Part shown: piece by piece, positions 13,860 through 27,262 of the stretch
How the letters are laid out: each line of letters begins with the position of its first letter
Position numbering within the stretch: position 1 is the stretch's first letter
Assembly (NCBI GenBank): GCA_964016885.1
Contig: OZ024754.1
Coordinates: 10,726,001-10,790,000, forward strand
Source of the DNA: Eledone cirrhosa
Taxonomy: Eukaryota
Length of the DNA: 64,000 bases
Direction: 5' to 3'
Notes under the pieces: model-generated
The model's input: the letters and a program-made list of their open reading frames with translations, nothing else
Told to the model about the DNA's origin: nothing
Databases searched by the model: none
Translations under genes and position numbers: made by a program

Positions 13860-14536
13860 AATCAGGGATACAGTGTATCTGTATTAACTGGATCTGGATA
13901 TTGAAGGAGGTAGCATTATACTCAAGTATACAATCAGGGATAGTGTATCTGTTATAACTAGATATCCAAGGAGGTAGCATTATATTCAAGTATACAATCA
14001 GGGATAGTGTATCTGTTATAACTAGATATCCAAGGAGGTAGCATTATACTCAAGTATACAATCAGGGATACAGTGTATCTGTTATAACTAGATATCCAAG
14101 GAGGTAGCATTATACTCAAGTATACAATCAGGGATACAGTGTATCTGTTATAACTAGATATCCAAGGAGGTAGCATTATATTCAAGTATACAATCAGGGA
14201 TACAGTGTATCTGTTATAACTAGATATCCAAGGAGGTAGCATTATACTCAAGTATACAATCAGGGATGCAGTGTATCTATTATAATTGGGTATCCAAGGA
14301 GGTAGCATTATACTCAAGTATACAATCAGGGATAAAGTGTATCTGTTATAACTGGGTATCCAAAGAGGTAGCATTATACTTAAGTATACAATCAGGGATG
14401 CAGTGTATCTATTATAATTGGGTATCCAAGGGGGTAGCATTATACTCAAATATACAATCAGGGATACAGTGTATCTATTATAACTGGATAGTGAAGGAGG
14501 TAACATTATACTCAAGTATACAATCTGGGATACAGC
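13860..14536. repeat. Minisatellite, 66-bp unit
   Basis: Period 66 (14061 to 14127), about 10 copies. Confidence 0.96.
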
Positions 14537-15954
14537 AGTAAAACTATATTATTCTAAATTATTTTCTTTTTTCTCTTGGAGAAATAAGGGCAGCCCCCCC
14601 TGAGCCTTTCCTGTGGGTGGAAAAGAGGAAGTTGCCCTCAGACTGGAGGCTTATCCCAAATGCTTGCAACCTATGGTGTTGGTCTTAAAATGGAAAATGG
14701 ATTGCATTTAGGACAGCATCTAAGTCTACAACCAAAGTTACTATAGAAACCCAGGGTTATTTTACTCATTCAATTAGAATTCAAGCAAAGAATATTCCAA
14801 CTAAATAACGCAAAATATCAACTGTAGATAGAAAAATTCTGAATATTACATGAGTAATCAAAGAATTTCAGAGAAATTATATTTTTTATCAAACTAATAT
14901 AACTAAACAAAATATAAAATATATGGCATTCCAAGATAAATATGCCTTCATTAAGCCAAAGAAACCAAAATCCAGCCAAGGAATTCATAAAATATAAACT
15001 AATTTTAACATTTTCAATAGTCCTGATAAAGTAAATGATTTTGCAAAGAATTCAAATAAGCAAATATATAACAATTTTCTTTAAGTCAGACATGAAATTA
15101 TTTCATATCTCTAGAATATGAACCATAACATTTTAGAACAATATACTGATCTGTTCTTTTGATTTTAGATATAGTCTTACACACATAGTAATAACGAATT
15201 AAATGGCAGAGATAATACCTGTTGATAGTCATTTTACATATATCCCATTACAATATTGATTACCTGAACAAAATACACTAGAGAGTAAAATAGATTCAAT
15301 TCCTAGGTATATCAATACAGCAGTAGTTCTATAGCATATGTTGTAAAAATAAAAAATAAAAAAGGGGTCAAGGTAGTATTCGAAAGGACAAGAAATTAGA
15401 ACAATCTAATGAGGGAAGATATATGGGGTTAAAGTTGACCAAAACAAACCAACATTAGTTTCCTTGAATTTATTTTTTTCTTGACTTAGTTTACTTATTT
15501 AGCATACTAGAAGCTTCTTCCTGCAAAGATGAAACTCAAAAGATTACTATTACATACCGACTTGATTTCTCAAAATACATATGCTAAATTTAGTATATAT
15601 ACATACACACATATTTAGAACAGTTTCTAACTGGCATATGCAACTGCATATGCTAACTAGCTTAAATCTATTTATATGTCCATGCAATAGTTTATTTTCC
15701 ATAACATATTCAAAATCAAATGCCCATGAAGAAATCCTATATGCTGGTGACCTAATTTTTTTCCTGAAGAATCAGTAAAGCTCCATAAATTTGTTATGTA
15801 GAAGGGCTCATAAAAAAAAAAAAAAAAAGGTGAGAATATACAACCCAGAAATGTAGGGCTGAGAAACTGTATGTACAAGTATTGAAATGAAATAGTGTAC
15901 AGGCTGAATAAAAAAAATATAGATCAAATATCACTTTCACTGCACCAAATGCAC

Positions 15955-15992
<38 letters not shown>

Positions 15993-16058
15993 CTTGCAAG
16001 CAGGGAAAAGCAGGCGTAAAATGATGATGATGATGATACACACACACACATATACATA

Positions 16059-16137
16059 CAGGGTCTCCCCAAAAATGTAAATACACTTCAACAACATTCT
16101 AATAAATATGTGTATACATTTTGGGGGGGGATACTGC
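16059..16137. mobile_element. Related Tc1/mariner-type MITE
   Basis: TA|CAGGGTCTCCCCAAAAATGTAAATACAC … GTGTATACATTTTGGGGGGGGATACTG. Confidence 0.6.
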
Positions 16138-16327
16138 ATATATATATTTCATTTCATTTCATTTTATGTCCGCTTTTTCCCTGCTTGCAAGGGTGGGACG
16201 GGAACTGATTTCTACAGTTGGATGCCCTTCCTAACACCAACCTCATTTACAGTGAGTGCTGGGTGCTTTTTTGCCGTGGCACCTACACGACCAGTTTGCA
16301 GTGGAATGATATGGACCCCAGTCCCTA

Positions 16328-16472
16328 TCATCTCATTTCTACAGCTGAGTAAACTGGAGCAATGTGAAATAAAGTGTCTTGCTCAAGGAAACAACACATC
16401 ACCCGGTCTGAGAATTGAACTCACAACCTTTCGATTGCAAGCCCAATGCTCTAACCACTAAGCCATGTGCCT

Positions 16473-16474
<2 letters not shown>
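16328..16474 (-). mobile_element. tRNA-derived SINE, family B (also at about 17735-17853, 18640-18790, 54680-54933 and 60180-60318 on -)
   Basis: GGAGGCACATGGCTTAGTGGTTAGAG (A-box), GAGTTCAATTC (B-box), then CCTTGAGCAAGACACTTTATTTCAC. Confidence 0.75.
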
Positions 16475-16523
<49 letters not shown>

Positions 16524-16754
16524 CCAATAACTCCTTCCTTCCTGTTTCAAGATGATAGCATTTGATTTAATGGAATTTGGCTGCTGCTATTTCTAGCAGG
16601 ACAAACAACTGCATAGAGGCTCTCTCAATTTGTTAGGAACCTAATCATAGCTTGAGGTGGAGTCAATGATAGTGAAGTGATAAGAGTTCTAAGAAGCTGA
16701 AGGAAAATGGGAAAACTGCTGCCTTCTACAGACAAGAGAAATTCTGGCTCTGCA

Positions 16755-17288
16755 AATAATTGTTTCTACTTTAGGCACAAGGCCAGCAATTATCCAGTAC
16801 ATTACTGGTACTTTATTTTATCGACCCCGTAAGGATGAAAGGCAAAGTTGACCTCGGCGGGATTTGAACTCTGATCGTAAAGGGACGTAACTATGCTGGA
16901 AAGCATGGCGTCCGACCCTCTACCGATACTGCCAAATGCAAGCGCATGATATGTCAGCAATGTAATAATTGTTTCTACTTAAGGCACAAGGCCAGTACAT
17001 TACTGGTACTTTATTTTATCGACCCCGTAAGGATGAAAGGCAAAGTCAACCCCGGCAGGATTTGAACTCAGATCGTAAAGCGACGTAACTCAATGTAATA
17101 ATTGTTTCTACGTTAGGCACAAGGCCAGTAATTACCCAGTGTACTACTGGTACTTTATTTTATCGACCCCGCAAGGATGAAAGGCAAAGTTAACCTCGGC
17201 GGGATTTGAACTCAGAATGGCAAGGGCCGTAACTATGCGTCAAAGCATGGCGTCCAACCCTCTACCGATACTGCCAATTCACCGCCCA
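16755..17288 (-). mobile_element. Three adjacent or nested family A SINE copies
   Basis: The same body occurs three times (about 16755-16935, 16965-17090 and 17095-17288). Confidence 0.82.
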
Positions 17289-17417
17289 ATTCACTCAATG
17301 TAATAATGTCAGGGAGAATGTGAAGTCAAAACAACAGAAAAACATACAGCAGTTTGAGAAAGAATTTGTCTCAAGTATATTACTTCTTAGCAGTCAAGTT
17401 TGGAGTAATAGATTTAA

Positions 17418-17588
17418 CCCTTTAGCATCTATACCAGCCATATCCAGTCAGAATTCTCTCACCTTAGTCTGTTCAAACTGGCTGTAACCGGCCACTCATA
17501 CCAACGTTAAGGTATTGTTCTCAAAATAAATATCAAAATCTCATAGATTCAGTATTATAGTATATATCGAGTAATATAAATGGTAGAG
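17418..17588. mobile_element. piggyBac-type MITE (internally deleted)
   Basis: TTAA|CCCTTTAGCA start and the same internal sequence. Confidence 0.75.
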
Positions 17589-18400
17589 TTAAAGGATATC
17601 ATAAGAGTTAATGGACAAGATCCCAGACCTCATTCGCTTACCGAGTGGGGTGGAACTCATCAAATTAGACCAAGGGAACAATGTTTCCATATGTTGTTCC
17701 ATAGCTGATACTATCTACCGTCGCAACTCCTGGCAGAAGGAGCAACATGAAATAAAGTGTCTTGCTCAAGAACATCACATCGCTCAGTTCAGGAATCGAA
17801 CTTGCAACCACATGATTGCAAATTCAATTATCTGTCCATTAAGCCACGCACCTTCAAGGATATTAAGGGTACCTCTATTGGCAATAAAAGAATTCTCTTT
17901 CTCTATTCATGAAGAGGACATCCCAAGAGGAATTGGCAACAGAAACCTGAAACCCGTCAACAAAAGTTGGAACGATGTATTGATAGATGCATCTGACTGG
18001 TCATTGGCGCTCTTTGGCTGCCTCATGCGTCTCAAGATGCAGGAGCTTTCAAGCCCAAGTAAGTAACTGTAGTTGAAAGCACTGAGTAGATGTAAACCAA
18101 AAAGTTAAGAGCAAGTAAAAGCGGGAACTTTACAGGTGAGTCAAATGAAGATTGAAATGCATAGAGAGGTGCTGGATTGTAGATCTACTTATGGAGGTTA
18201 TAATAATGAGGATATAGTTAGACACTAAAATCATGTGTTTGTAAAAAGAGATAATGGTGAAATCACATGAACATAGGTGAACCACAGGAAAGAAGTATCA
18301 GAAGTTTAAAGTGAATTCCTGACTCACAAAATAGGTATATAATTTCAGGATGAGATATCTTAATACATTAGAAACATAGAAGACATGGAAATGTTGTTTT

Positions 18401-18455
18401 GAGAGAGAGAAAGAGAGAAAGAGAGAGAGAGAAAGAGAGAGAGAGAGAAAGAGAA

Positions 18456-18510
<55 letters not shown>

Positions 18511-18524
18511 GAGAGAAAGAGAGA
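18401..18524. repeat. (GA)n/(GAGAAA)n microsatellite
   Basis: Directly visible. Confidence 0.95.
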
Positions 18525-19299
18525 CTATGTGTGTGGTGTGCTTGCGTCTGTGTGAGTGTTCTTGTGTGGGTGTTTTAATATGATTAAGGCTAGGAAAATA
18601 TAGACTTTATAATGAATAATTAGACTTTATAATGAGACAAGACTCCTTCCAGGATAGGACAGCACTATCGCAGGACCAAACTCCCAGTTATTGCTGGTAC
18701 TCATTTTCAGCTAAGTATACTGGAACAATGTGAAATGAAGTGTTTTGCTCAATAACACAACACATAACCCAGTCCAAGAATCAAAACCACTTCATGAAAC
18801 AGATAACTTCAAGAAATAGAGATTGCTTTTGTAATATTTCTGCAAGTACAAGGTTATTCCAAGAAAGTGACAACATATAAACATTCTTGCATTCTTCTAT
18901 TCCAACGAAAATTAGAATGTCAATAGGGACACGATTCTTGAAAGTTCTTGGCACAAGTGAGAAGACCTACCACAAATTTTAGAAAAGCTAACCTAATTAC
19001 TGCTTCTACTGGGAATTATGCCAATCCAAATGCTAACCTAACAGTCATAGCTATCAAGGCTAAATGCTTATTTTGAGGCAAGTCTCACTGGCCTTGTAAC
19101 AAAATAATTATTGTATATTCTCAAAAGTTATAGAAACATTAGTGCTATTTGATATTCTACTACAAATAATTTTGTCACTCTTTTTTGGCAACCAGCAATG
19201 TATTTCTGCTTTCCTTAATCTAATATTCCACTGCAAACAATTCATTTTGTCACTCTTCGTTGGCAACCAGTAATGTACTTCAGCTTCCCACAATATTCA

Positions 19300-19722
19300 G
19301 ACATCTTCCAGTAATAGTACCCAGTACTCAGACATCCTTGCATTTCTCTTCAATGGGAAAATACAGCCCATATGCCAAGAAGTCGCAATGGCCAAGTGGA
19401 CAATAAGGGGTAAAACTTCTAACAGTGTTCTATCTAAAATAAAGAAATATATGCCGGCCTCCCACACATATCTGTCGTTGTACGTAAAAGGAGTAAGATT
19501 TTCTGGCCACTGCCGTCGTGCCACCTCTGAGGCTGTGTCCCCATTAGTGCTTTGGAGACCACAAACAGTCACTAGTAACAAGGGGCACAAGATGTCATCT
19601 CCAGAGATGCTGGTATTGAAATCCAGGACTTGGCAACGGCAATGAACGACAGACCCACGTGGAGATCAATTGTTGAATCGATTTCGGCTGAGGCCACCAG
19701 ATGATGATGATGATGATGATGA
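19300..19722 (+). mobile_element. RTE-type LINE 3' end (different family)
   Basis: Reads RFSGHCRR…VSPLVLWRP…AMNDRPTWRSIV, followed by a (GAT)n tail at 19700-19722. Confidence 0.7.
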
Positions 19723-20202
19723 AAACAAAGCATTAAACCTAGCAAAATTGATGATGGGATAAACTCTCCATTACAGACAAAGATTAATATGGCTACTAAG
19801 GGAAATGAAGGGCAAAAACTTCACATATTTCAAGGTACAGTCATTTCATTAACTTCACTATAGTCCTATCAGTTAAGAAGTTATTGTTACACTTCACGCC
19901 TGCACAGGTTTAGCTAATCTGCCATGAGGTTGCATCTCAGAATAGGTCTTTTGGGTGGTTTAATGATAGAGTTACCAACAGTCCCATCACGTCACCTATT
20001 TTCCAATGACAAAAGGCTGGATTTGAACTCAGAAAATGCATAAAGCTGGAACAGATACTGCAAGGAATCCTGTCTGATGTTTTAACAATTCTGCCAATCA
20101 ACCCTCCTGGTTTGGTACTTTAACACTGAACACCTAAAGAGGTAAAGTTGACCTTGAAGGAATTAAAAACCCAGACCTGGACAAAATACTGCAAGGCATT
20201 AA

Positions 20203-20378
20203 AACCTTTAGCATTTACATTACTCTACATTTACTATTGTATAATATCGAATCTGAGATTTTGATATTTATTTTGAGAACAATACCTTAACATAAGTATG
20301 AGTGGCTAGTTTCAGCTGGTTTGAACTGAAAGAGGTGAAAGAAATCTGGCCGGATATGGCCGGTGTAAATGCTAATGC
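20203..20378. mobile_element. piggyBac-type MITE (degenerate)
   Basis: Same family internal sequence with decayed termini. Confidence 0.7.
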
Positions 20379-21224
20379 ATTTTATCATGGCAGCAACACT
20401 AAGGAGGTTGCCATGTTTTCGACACAGCTGAAGGGTCCTCCAACCCTTTGTTTGGTAGGTTTTCAATGGCTGGATGCCATTCCTATCACCAATCACTTTA
20501 CTGCATGTACTGGGTTCATTTATCATGTAGCTCACCACGAGTCAATATCTGAGAATCAAACAGCTCCGATTGCCTTATAGCTGTAATAAGACAGAAATTT
20601 GTTTATCCCTTTAAATTAATTGAAGCAGTTCTTCCAGTCCAAGTGATGCTTAAGCACAATCTTCAGTAGAAATGAAATGTCCTCTAAAGCCCAAGTTGAT
20701 TTTGAGAGATGGTGCTTGGCTCCCATTTCAGAGCATAAAGCAGATGGGAGATAAATATCCCTCGAAATAGATTGCAAGTTTATCACATTCCCAGATAATC
20801 TGGCTTCTATTTCTGACATCAAGGTCAACTGAAGCACATAGAACAGTGTCCTCTAGAAATATAATAAAATGCCTGCTACAAATTTGAACTCTCAGCTTTT
20901 GAGTTGCTTTCCACCTTACCGGTTTATACTAATGGAAAAGGTGAACTACACAACACTTGTCCCTAAGCATTTATTTAGTAGCACCATAGGTGATTTATAA
21001 ATATTTTCTTTTTATTAATTTGAGGTTTTCTTCATAAACACAGTTATGACTGTATGATTATGGAGTTGATATGATCAATTAAAATCCCTTCAAAGCAGAG
21101 CTCCAGCATGGTCACAGTCTAATGAATGATATTAGTAAAAGATAAAATAAAGTAAAAGAATACTATTCAATATTTCAATGCCTATGATGATGAACTGGTG
21201 TAACAAAAGGGGAGAATAAGCTAA

Positions 21225-21263
<39 letters not shown>

Positions 21264-21282
21264 ACCATATTTCAAGACTTAA

Positions 21283-21491
21283 CCCCTTTAGTATTTAAAC
21301 CGGCTGTATCCGGCCAGAATCCTCTCACCTCTTTCAGTTCAAACCGGTCGTAACTGGTCACTCATACTGATGTTAAGATATTGTTCTCAAAATAAATAAC
21401 ACCAAAATCTTGTATATTCAATATTATATGAGATAAAGCTTTTACCACGAAAATACAATAGTAAATGTAGAGTAATGTAAATGCTAAAGGG
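21283..21491. mobile_element. piggyBac-type MITE
   Basis: TTAA|CCCCTTTAG … CTAAAGGG|TTAG. Confidence 0.82.
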
Positions 21492-21869
21492 TTAGGATAA
21501 CCTCCAAATGAAATGTTGCTAGTGAAAATGTTAAAATGTTCGTCTGTTACCAAAGCTTAAATAGTTATACCTGTTGACAAGGGTTGAAAATAGGACAAGC
21601 TTACTATCAGTCAAAATTTAAATACCAAGCAGCTGTCTATATATTAATATACTGGTAGGTGGTACAAGATAATTTCATCATTTACAGTAATTAAAGAGTA
21701 GAGAAAAATACAGAAAGGGAAACAATGTGAACTGAGTGCTTCAGTGTTAGAAACCAGTTATTAGAGACAAACTGCTAGTATATATACACAGTAATCCAAG
21801 CTGAGAGAGGAATACTGTGAAATAATGAATGATGAATTCTGAAAGGAAGGTTTGATATGCCAATTAAGT

Positions 21870-22160
21870 GGTTGTGTAGGAGATAACTAATGAAGATAGC
21901 CAAGTGTTTCACTTCCATATGATATCATACAATGAAATGACAGAGCTATGATCCACTACATGTGTGGTGTGACCACTGAGGATGATGTCAGCTCAACTGT
22001 GCTCCTGAAAAGACTATTGATCGATGACCTGAAGGATGTGCTTCACATGAGACGGTATGGCCATGTCGAGCGCAGTGAGGGTTGGATCAGCTAAGTGATG
22101 AATGTCGATCAAGGAGGCAGTAGAGGCCCAGGTTTTCCCAGTAAAGAGCATCAGTGATGG
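21870..22160 (+). pseudogene. Highly degenerate RTE ORF 3' remnant
   Basis: RRYGHVERSEGWI-like motif at ~22050-22090. Confidence 0.45.
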
Positions 22161-22523
22161 TAATGCCTAACATTTGAAGTGCTGTTCATGTTTAGATGGA
22201 GTAAGATGTGCTGTTTTCTTCATAAGTACAGTGGCTGCCTTTTTGCTGTTGAAAGAGACAAAAATTGGCATGGCGCCATTGAAGGATGTTTTCAAGGTCA
22301 TTCTACAGAGACTCAGCGCAAATTTAGCATAAGGTGTAAGGTGTCTATGTTGCATGCTTGGATGTGGAAAGTTAAAGAGGAATGAAGGGTGGTATAATCT
22401 ACATGGCACAAACCATTCCTCAAGACCAAAACAATAAAAAAAAAAAGACATTCCTAACTTTATTAGGATCCTCAATCCTTTTCATAACTTAATTGCAATT
22501 TCCTCTTTAATGTATCAAAAGTG

Positions 22524-22800
22524 AAGGTGAGTGGCCTAGTGGTTACGATGTTAGATTTGCAATCATAATCTCATGGGTTCAATTCCATGACCAGGTAGTG
22601 CACTTTTTGAGCAAAACACTTCATTTCATGTTGTTCCAGTACACCCAACTGAAAATGAGTATCAGTAGTAGCTGGAAGTAAACTTTGTGATGGACTGGTG
22701 TCCTGTCCATGGGGAGTCTTGTACTCTCTATCACTTAATGCCAAGGAAAACAGGATAAGCACCGGTGTGATGCACCTCCAGGTTTGAGACAGACTAATTT
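22524..22800 (+). mobile_element. Family B SINE, near full length
   Basis: GTGGCCTAGTGGTTA … GGTTCAATTCC … TTGAGCAAAACACTTCATTTCA … GATGGACTGGTGTCCTGTCCA. Confidence 0.75.
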
Positions 22801-22869
22801 ATTTTTAATGCAACATCTAAACCATTGAAACAGTTGATAATGCTATGCAAGATATAGAGGATAACACTT

Positions 22870-23140
22870 CTTCATCCACTTATTCCTGAGAGGGTCATGA
22901 GCGCAGAATCCTCCTCAAACACTCCTCCCAGCAAGTCCTGTCAGAAGCAACAATCTTCAACTGTTCCGGCTGGATCCCCAAGCAAGACCAGACAAGCTCA
23001 GGGGATGTTATCCAACCATCTTGCTCAGGGTCTACTCCTGGGTCTTCTCCCAGTTGGTTTTTGCCCATAAAATCTATCCAACAATTCTTTCTTGAGACAT
23101 TCTAACCTCATGTCCGTAATATTGGAGCTGTGATCTCAAT
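22870..23140 (-). pseudogene. Degenerate RTE-like ORF 3' remnant
   Basis: Reads KPTGRRPRSRP…WLDNI…VASDRTCW on the minus strand. Confidence 0.45.
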
Positions 23141-23837
23141 TCAGAGAAGAGGATAACACTTTTCTTCAAAACCTCATTAACAGTGAGCCAACCTAATACT
23201 TCCAGCAGTCTGCTATCTTTTATTGCCCTGCTGACTAATGTTATTTTATTAATATCTGTATTACAAACATGATATCCAATAGGCAGAGCTTTCAGAATGA
23301 TATATAGAATGCTTTGCAGTATTTGTTCTGGCTCTGTGCACTGGGTTCAAACACTGTCATGGTCATCTTTGCCTTTCATCCTTTTGAGGTTGATAACTCA
23401 AGTACCAGTCCAGTATTGGAGGCAATTCTTCTTCTATATCTCTTTCTCACTTCCTCTCTCTTTCTCTGGAAGAAATCAGTTGTGTTCAGACCTTGAGAGA
23501 GAGAATGGGCTCTGCCAGGTGTTGCCCAAGAAACACTATGTCACTATACACTCCTACAACTCCACTCGAAATCGTTTTATTTATAACAAAATATTTTACA
23601 AATTTGGATATTTATATACAAGTTGCTGGAACAAGTTTTTTTTATGACTGGATGTACTTTTAATTCAAAAAACAAAACACTACGAAATGGGTGCGATACA
23701 TATTTTCAACTAGGTTGATTGAGATAGGCAGAATAGCATAACTTGCCCAGGTACACCACGTTATGGCTAGAACAAGGTCAGAACTGATTACTTAATCAAT
23801 ATTTGAACTTCACAACCGTTCCTGAACCTCTTACTTA

Positions 23838-24270
23838 TCATCATCATCATCGTTTAACGTCCATCTTCCACACTTGCATGGGTTTGGATGGGAATTTTCC
23901 CCACTTGAGGCAAGATAGGACTGTCTGGCAGGTTTTCTACGGCTGGATGCCCTTTCTAACACCAACCACGTTTACAGTGTGGACTGGGAGGTTTTTACCG
24001 TGTTACCTACACAGCCACATTACAACGTGGACTGTGTGTTTTTTTTGTCGTGACACCTACACGACCTCATTTGTTTCAGACTGGATGTTGTGGTACCAAC
24101 ATAACTTTACATTGAACGGGGTGGTGTGGATGGGGTGGGGGGTAGTGGAACGGGGGTGTGTTTTTGTTAAGAGGTGCCTACTGACTGTAGGTTTCGCTTT
24201 GTACTTAGGCAAGGCGGGTCTTCTGTATTACTGTGTAGCGCCAAAGATCTGTCCAGTGACATTGTCTTGT
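23838..24270 (-). mobile_element. RTE LINE 3' end (same subfamily as 57378-57840)
   Basis: (GAT)n tail and a 3'UTR/ORF end that are very similar to 57378-57840. Confidence 0.85.
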
Positions 24271-25491
24271 ATATATATATATATATATATCAAATATAAT
24301 TTGTTTGAAAAAAAAAACACTTGTTTATGAGTCATGAGAATGTCAGATAGAGAGCTTTGTGGTATTCATTCAGTTCAAATATCACAGAGGTCAACTTTGC
24401 CTTTCATCCATTCGAGGTCGATAAAAAAAGTACCAGTCTAGTACTAGGGTCGATTCTTCCTCTATATCTTTCACTTCCATTCTCTATCCTTCTCTGGAAG
24501 AAATCTGCTGTACTCAAGCCTGGAGAGGTGATGGGCTCTGCCAGGTTTTAAAATTCCCTATGTCAATACACTACCCCTATGACTTCCTCTGGAGTTACAG
24601 GTCCACACCATACTATACCATGGTACATATCAATGGATTCAATATGATGAGATATTCCCACATCTGAATACAATGCTAGTTTACCAAATTTTATTTCCTC
24701 AACAGACAGGAACATATTTTCCAATAAGATAAACTGCATAATGTGACTCGTCTAAAAATATAAGGAAATATCTTGGCAGAATATCAAACAATAATCTATA
24801 GGCCGTTATATTATTGGAACACAAGTAATTTCACTCCACTACTGATTGTGGGCCCACAGAACTAACCTCTCACCTCATGGCCATGAATTTAAACATTAAT
24901 GCAATCACTGTGTTGGCAAGGTACCTTACCTTAGTTAGCCCAGCTAAAAATATCTATCACTTGCATCTGTAAGAATTTATTTTTAACTTAATATAGTGTC
25001 ACTGTGACAGCTGTAAGGATATTGAATAAAATGCTTTGCAGTATTCATTCTAGGTCTCTGCATTCTGAGTTCAAATCCTTCTATGGTCAACTTTGCCTTT
25101 CATCCTTTTGAAGTCAACAAAAAAAAGTACCAGTCCCATACTGGAGTCAATTCTTTCTCTATATTTTCTCACTTCCTCTCTCTTTCTGGAAGAAATCAGC
25201 TGTATTCAAACTTGGAGGAATGGGCTCTGCCAGGTTTAGAAATGTCCAAAAAACAAAGCACTACAGCACCTTTATGACACCACCATGAGTTACAGGTCCA
25301 CACACACACACACACACACAGTGTCAGAGGAATTACATAAAAGAAAAGGCCAAGAGCTTATTTATACTGGGTTTTTAGAAAAGTATATGTTAGAATTTGA
25401 TCCTATGTGGGAAACCAAATGAATCTTCACCCAAAAAGTCCAGTGACATTTCTGATAAATTTGGATGAACTAAAGGAGAATCTAGGCTTAA

Positions 25492-25887
25492 ACCTTTAAT
25501 GTTCAAACCGGCCAGAATTCTCTACCTCTTTCTGTTGAAACTGGCTGTAACTGGTCACTCAAACTGATGTTAAGGTATTGTTCTCAAAATAAATACTTTC
25601 AAAATCTCATAGATTTGATATGTGAGGTAAAGCCTTTACCATGAAAATACAATAGTACATATAGAGTAATGTGAATGCTAAAGGGTTAACCCTTTAGCAT
25701 TTAAACCGGTCGTATCCGGTCAGAATTCTCTCACCTGTTTCTGTTCAAACTGGCCACTTATACTGATGTTAAGGTATTGTTCTCAAAATAAATAATATCA
25801 ACATCTCATAGATTTGATAGTATGTGAGGTAAAGCCTTTACCACAAAAATAGAATAGTATATATAGAGTAATGTAAATGGTAAAGGG
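25492..25887. mobile_element. Head-to-tail pair of piggyBac-type MITEs sharing one TTAA
   Basis: Junction AAAGGG-TTAA-CCCTTT at 25680-25695. Confidence 0.85.
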
Positions 25888-25891
25888 TTAA

Positions 25892-26130
25892 GAGGAATCT
25901 GAAGTGGTGTACAAGAGAGAAGACTGCAATGGTATTGACATGTGATGTGCAAGGATTATGATCACTGGGTGAAGTGCTAGGAAATCCCAGTGGAAGGAAG
26001 CCACAGTAGAGGTAGACCAAGGAAGTCTTGAGTAGAAGTGGTGAGATCTGATGAGAACAAGGATGAATATAATAGAAGGAGGTTTATATAAAGGTAAATG
26101 CTTATAACCAAGCAAGGTGAAATGTGACAG
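25892..26130 (+). pseudogene. Degenerate RTE ORF 3' remnant next to a MITE pair
   Basis: VQERRLQWY and RGRPRKS-like motifs. Confidence 0.5.
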
Positions 26131-26674
26131 TGCTATTATGATTTAATATCTGGTTTCCCTCCTAGCAAGGGTTTGGATAGGCTATCAGAGAGAGTCAATA
26201 CTCAAGAAGAGCTAGTCATTGATTTATCAGATGGAGCAGGAGGACTGCATATTGTACATAGTGGACATATCTACCAAGTGCTCAGATGAGCTGGAGAAGG
26301 AGGGGGGGGGGGGGGGGGGGGGGTACATGCATCACATACATACCTGCATTCTACCAAGTGCCCAGGTGAGTTGGATAGGGAGGGGCATGCATATTGTACG
26401 TTCCTGCATTCTAGCAAGTGCTCAGGTGGGCCAGGAGGGGGGAGGGGATCTGCATCTCATACGTCCGTGCTAGCACTAGGGAGCTTGTCATGGCTTCGAC
26501 ATAAGTGGAGATGAAGAGTCCACTCGACCCTTTGTTTGTCAGGTTTTCTGTGGCCAGATACCCTTCCAATCACCAACCCCTCTACAGTGTGTGCTAAGTA
26601 CAGTACAGATGTATTCTATCCATGTGACTAAAGTAATACCAATATCAATAGCGCTCCATGTAGCTATTCTATTA

Positions 26675-26813
26675 CAGCGTCAACCTTTCTGACCACTAAA
26701 TTCATTATTTTAAATCTTGTGGACCACTAATATGAATTTTTTTATATGCTAAATACATTAAAAATTTTCTGCGGACCATCAGTGGTCTGTGGACTACCAG
26801 TTGGTCAATGCTG
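26675..26813. mobile_element. hAT-type MITE
   Basis: CAGC…GCTG ends and a perfect 8-bp TSD TTCTATTA. Confidence 0.75.
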
Positions 26814-27262
26814 TTCTATTAATATGCCCTGTACTTTCAACTAAGCTAAACATCACTATTATTGTTTACACTAGTCATTAGCAAACTACAGCCTGTTTGG
26901 CTTTCTCACAGGTATGTCTAATTTCAAAATTACCTGCAATTATTTCAGTAATATGACCCACTTTATGACGAGTCATACCATATTTTTCCATATATTGCAC
27001 TATTTCATGTATAACAAGCAGCCCTTTCTGACCAGAAAAATTTTCTAGAAAAGCCTAGTTTCGGTGTATACTGCACCTCCCCAAAATAAACAAGGAAAAA
27101 AAGTGAAAAAAACTGCATGGTGCACACAGAAGAATACTGTATCTCACGGAGCAGCCCACTGCTCGAAAAAGGGTTGCCCATACCTAGTTTCAACAGTACC
27201 TTATCAGCGTCAACCATTGTTAAATTTGTCAGTGTCAGGCTGAATATAATGAGGTTCTACAA

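Noticed and set aside
13958-14515. 185-aa ORF with a 22-aa repeat
   Set aside because: It follows from the 66-bp unit being a multiple of 3. The frame breaks in neighbouring units and there is no splice or homology support.
9922-14536. Regular repeat arrays as possible CRISPR arrays (also 60433-61872)
   Set aside because: The units are contiguous with no unique spacers, there are no cas genes, and the context is eukaryotic.
16400-16474. tRNA gene candidates at A/B-box sequences
   Set aside because: These are SINE heads that continue into repeat bodies and form no complete cloverleaf.
17611-18066. 151-aa ORF ending near a GTAAGT donor-like site
   Set aside because: It runs through a SINE and has no recognisable homology, acceptor or partner exon.
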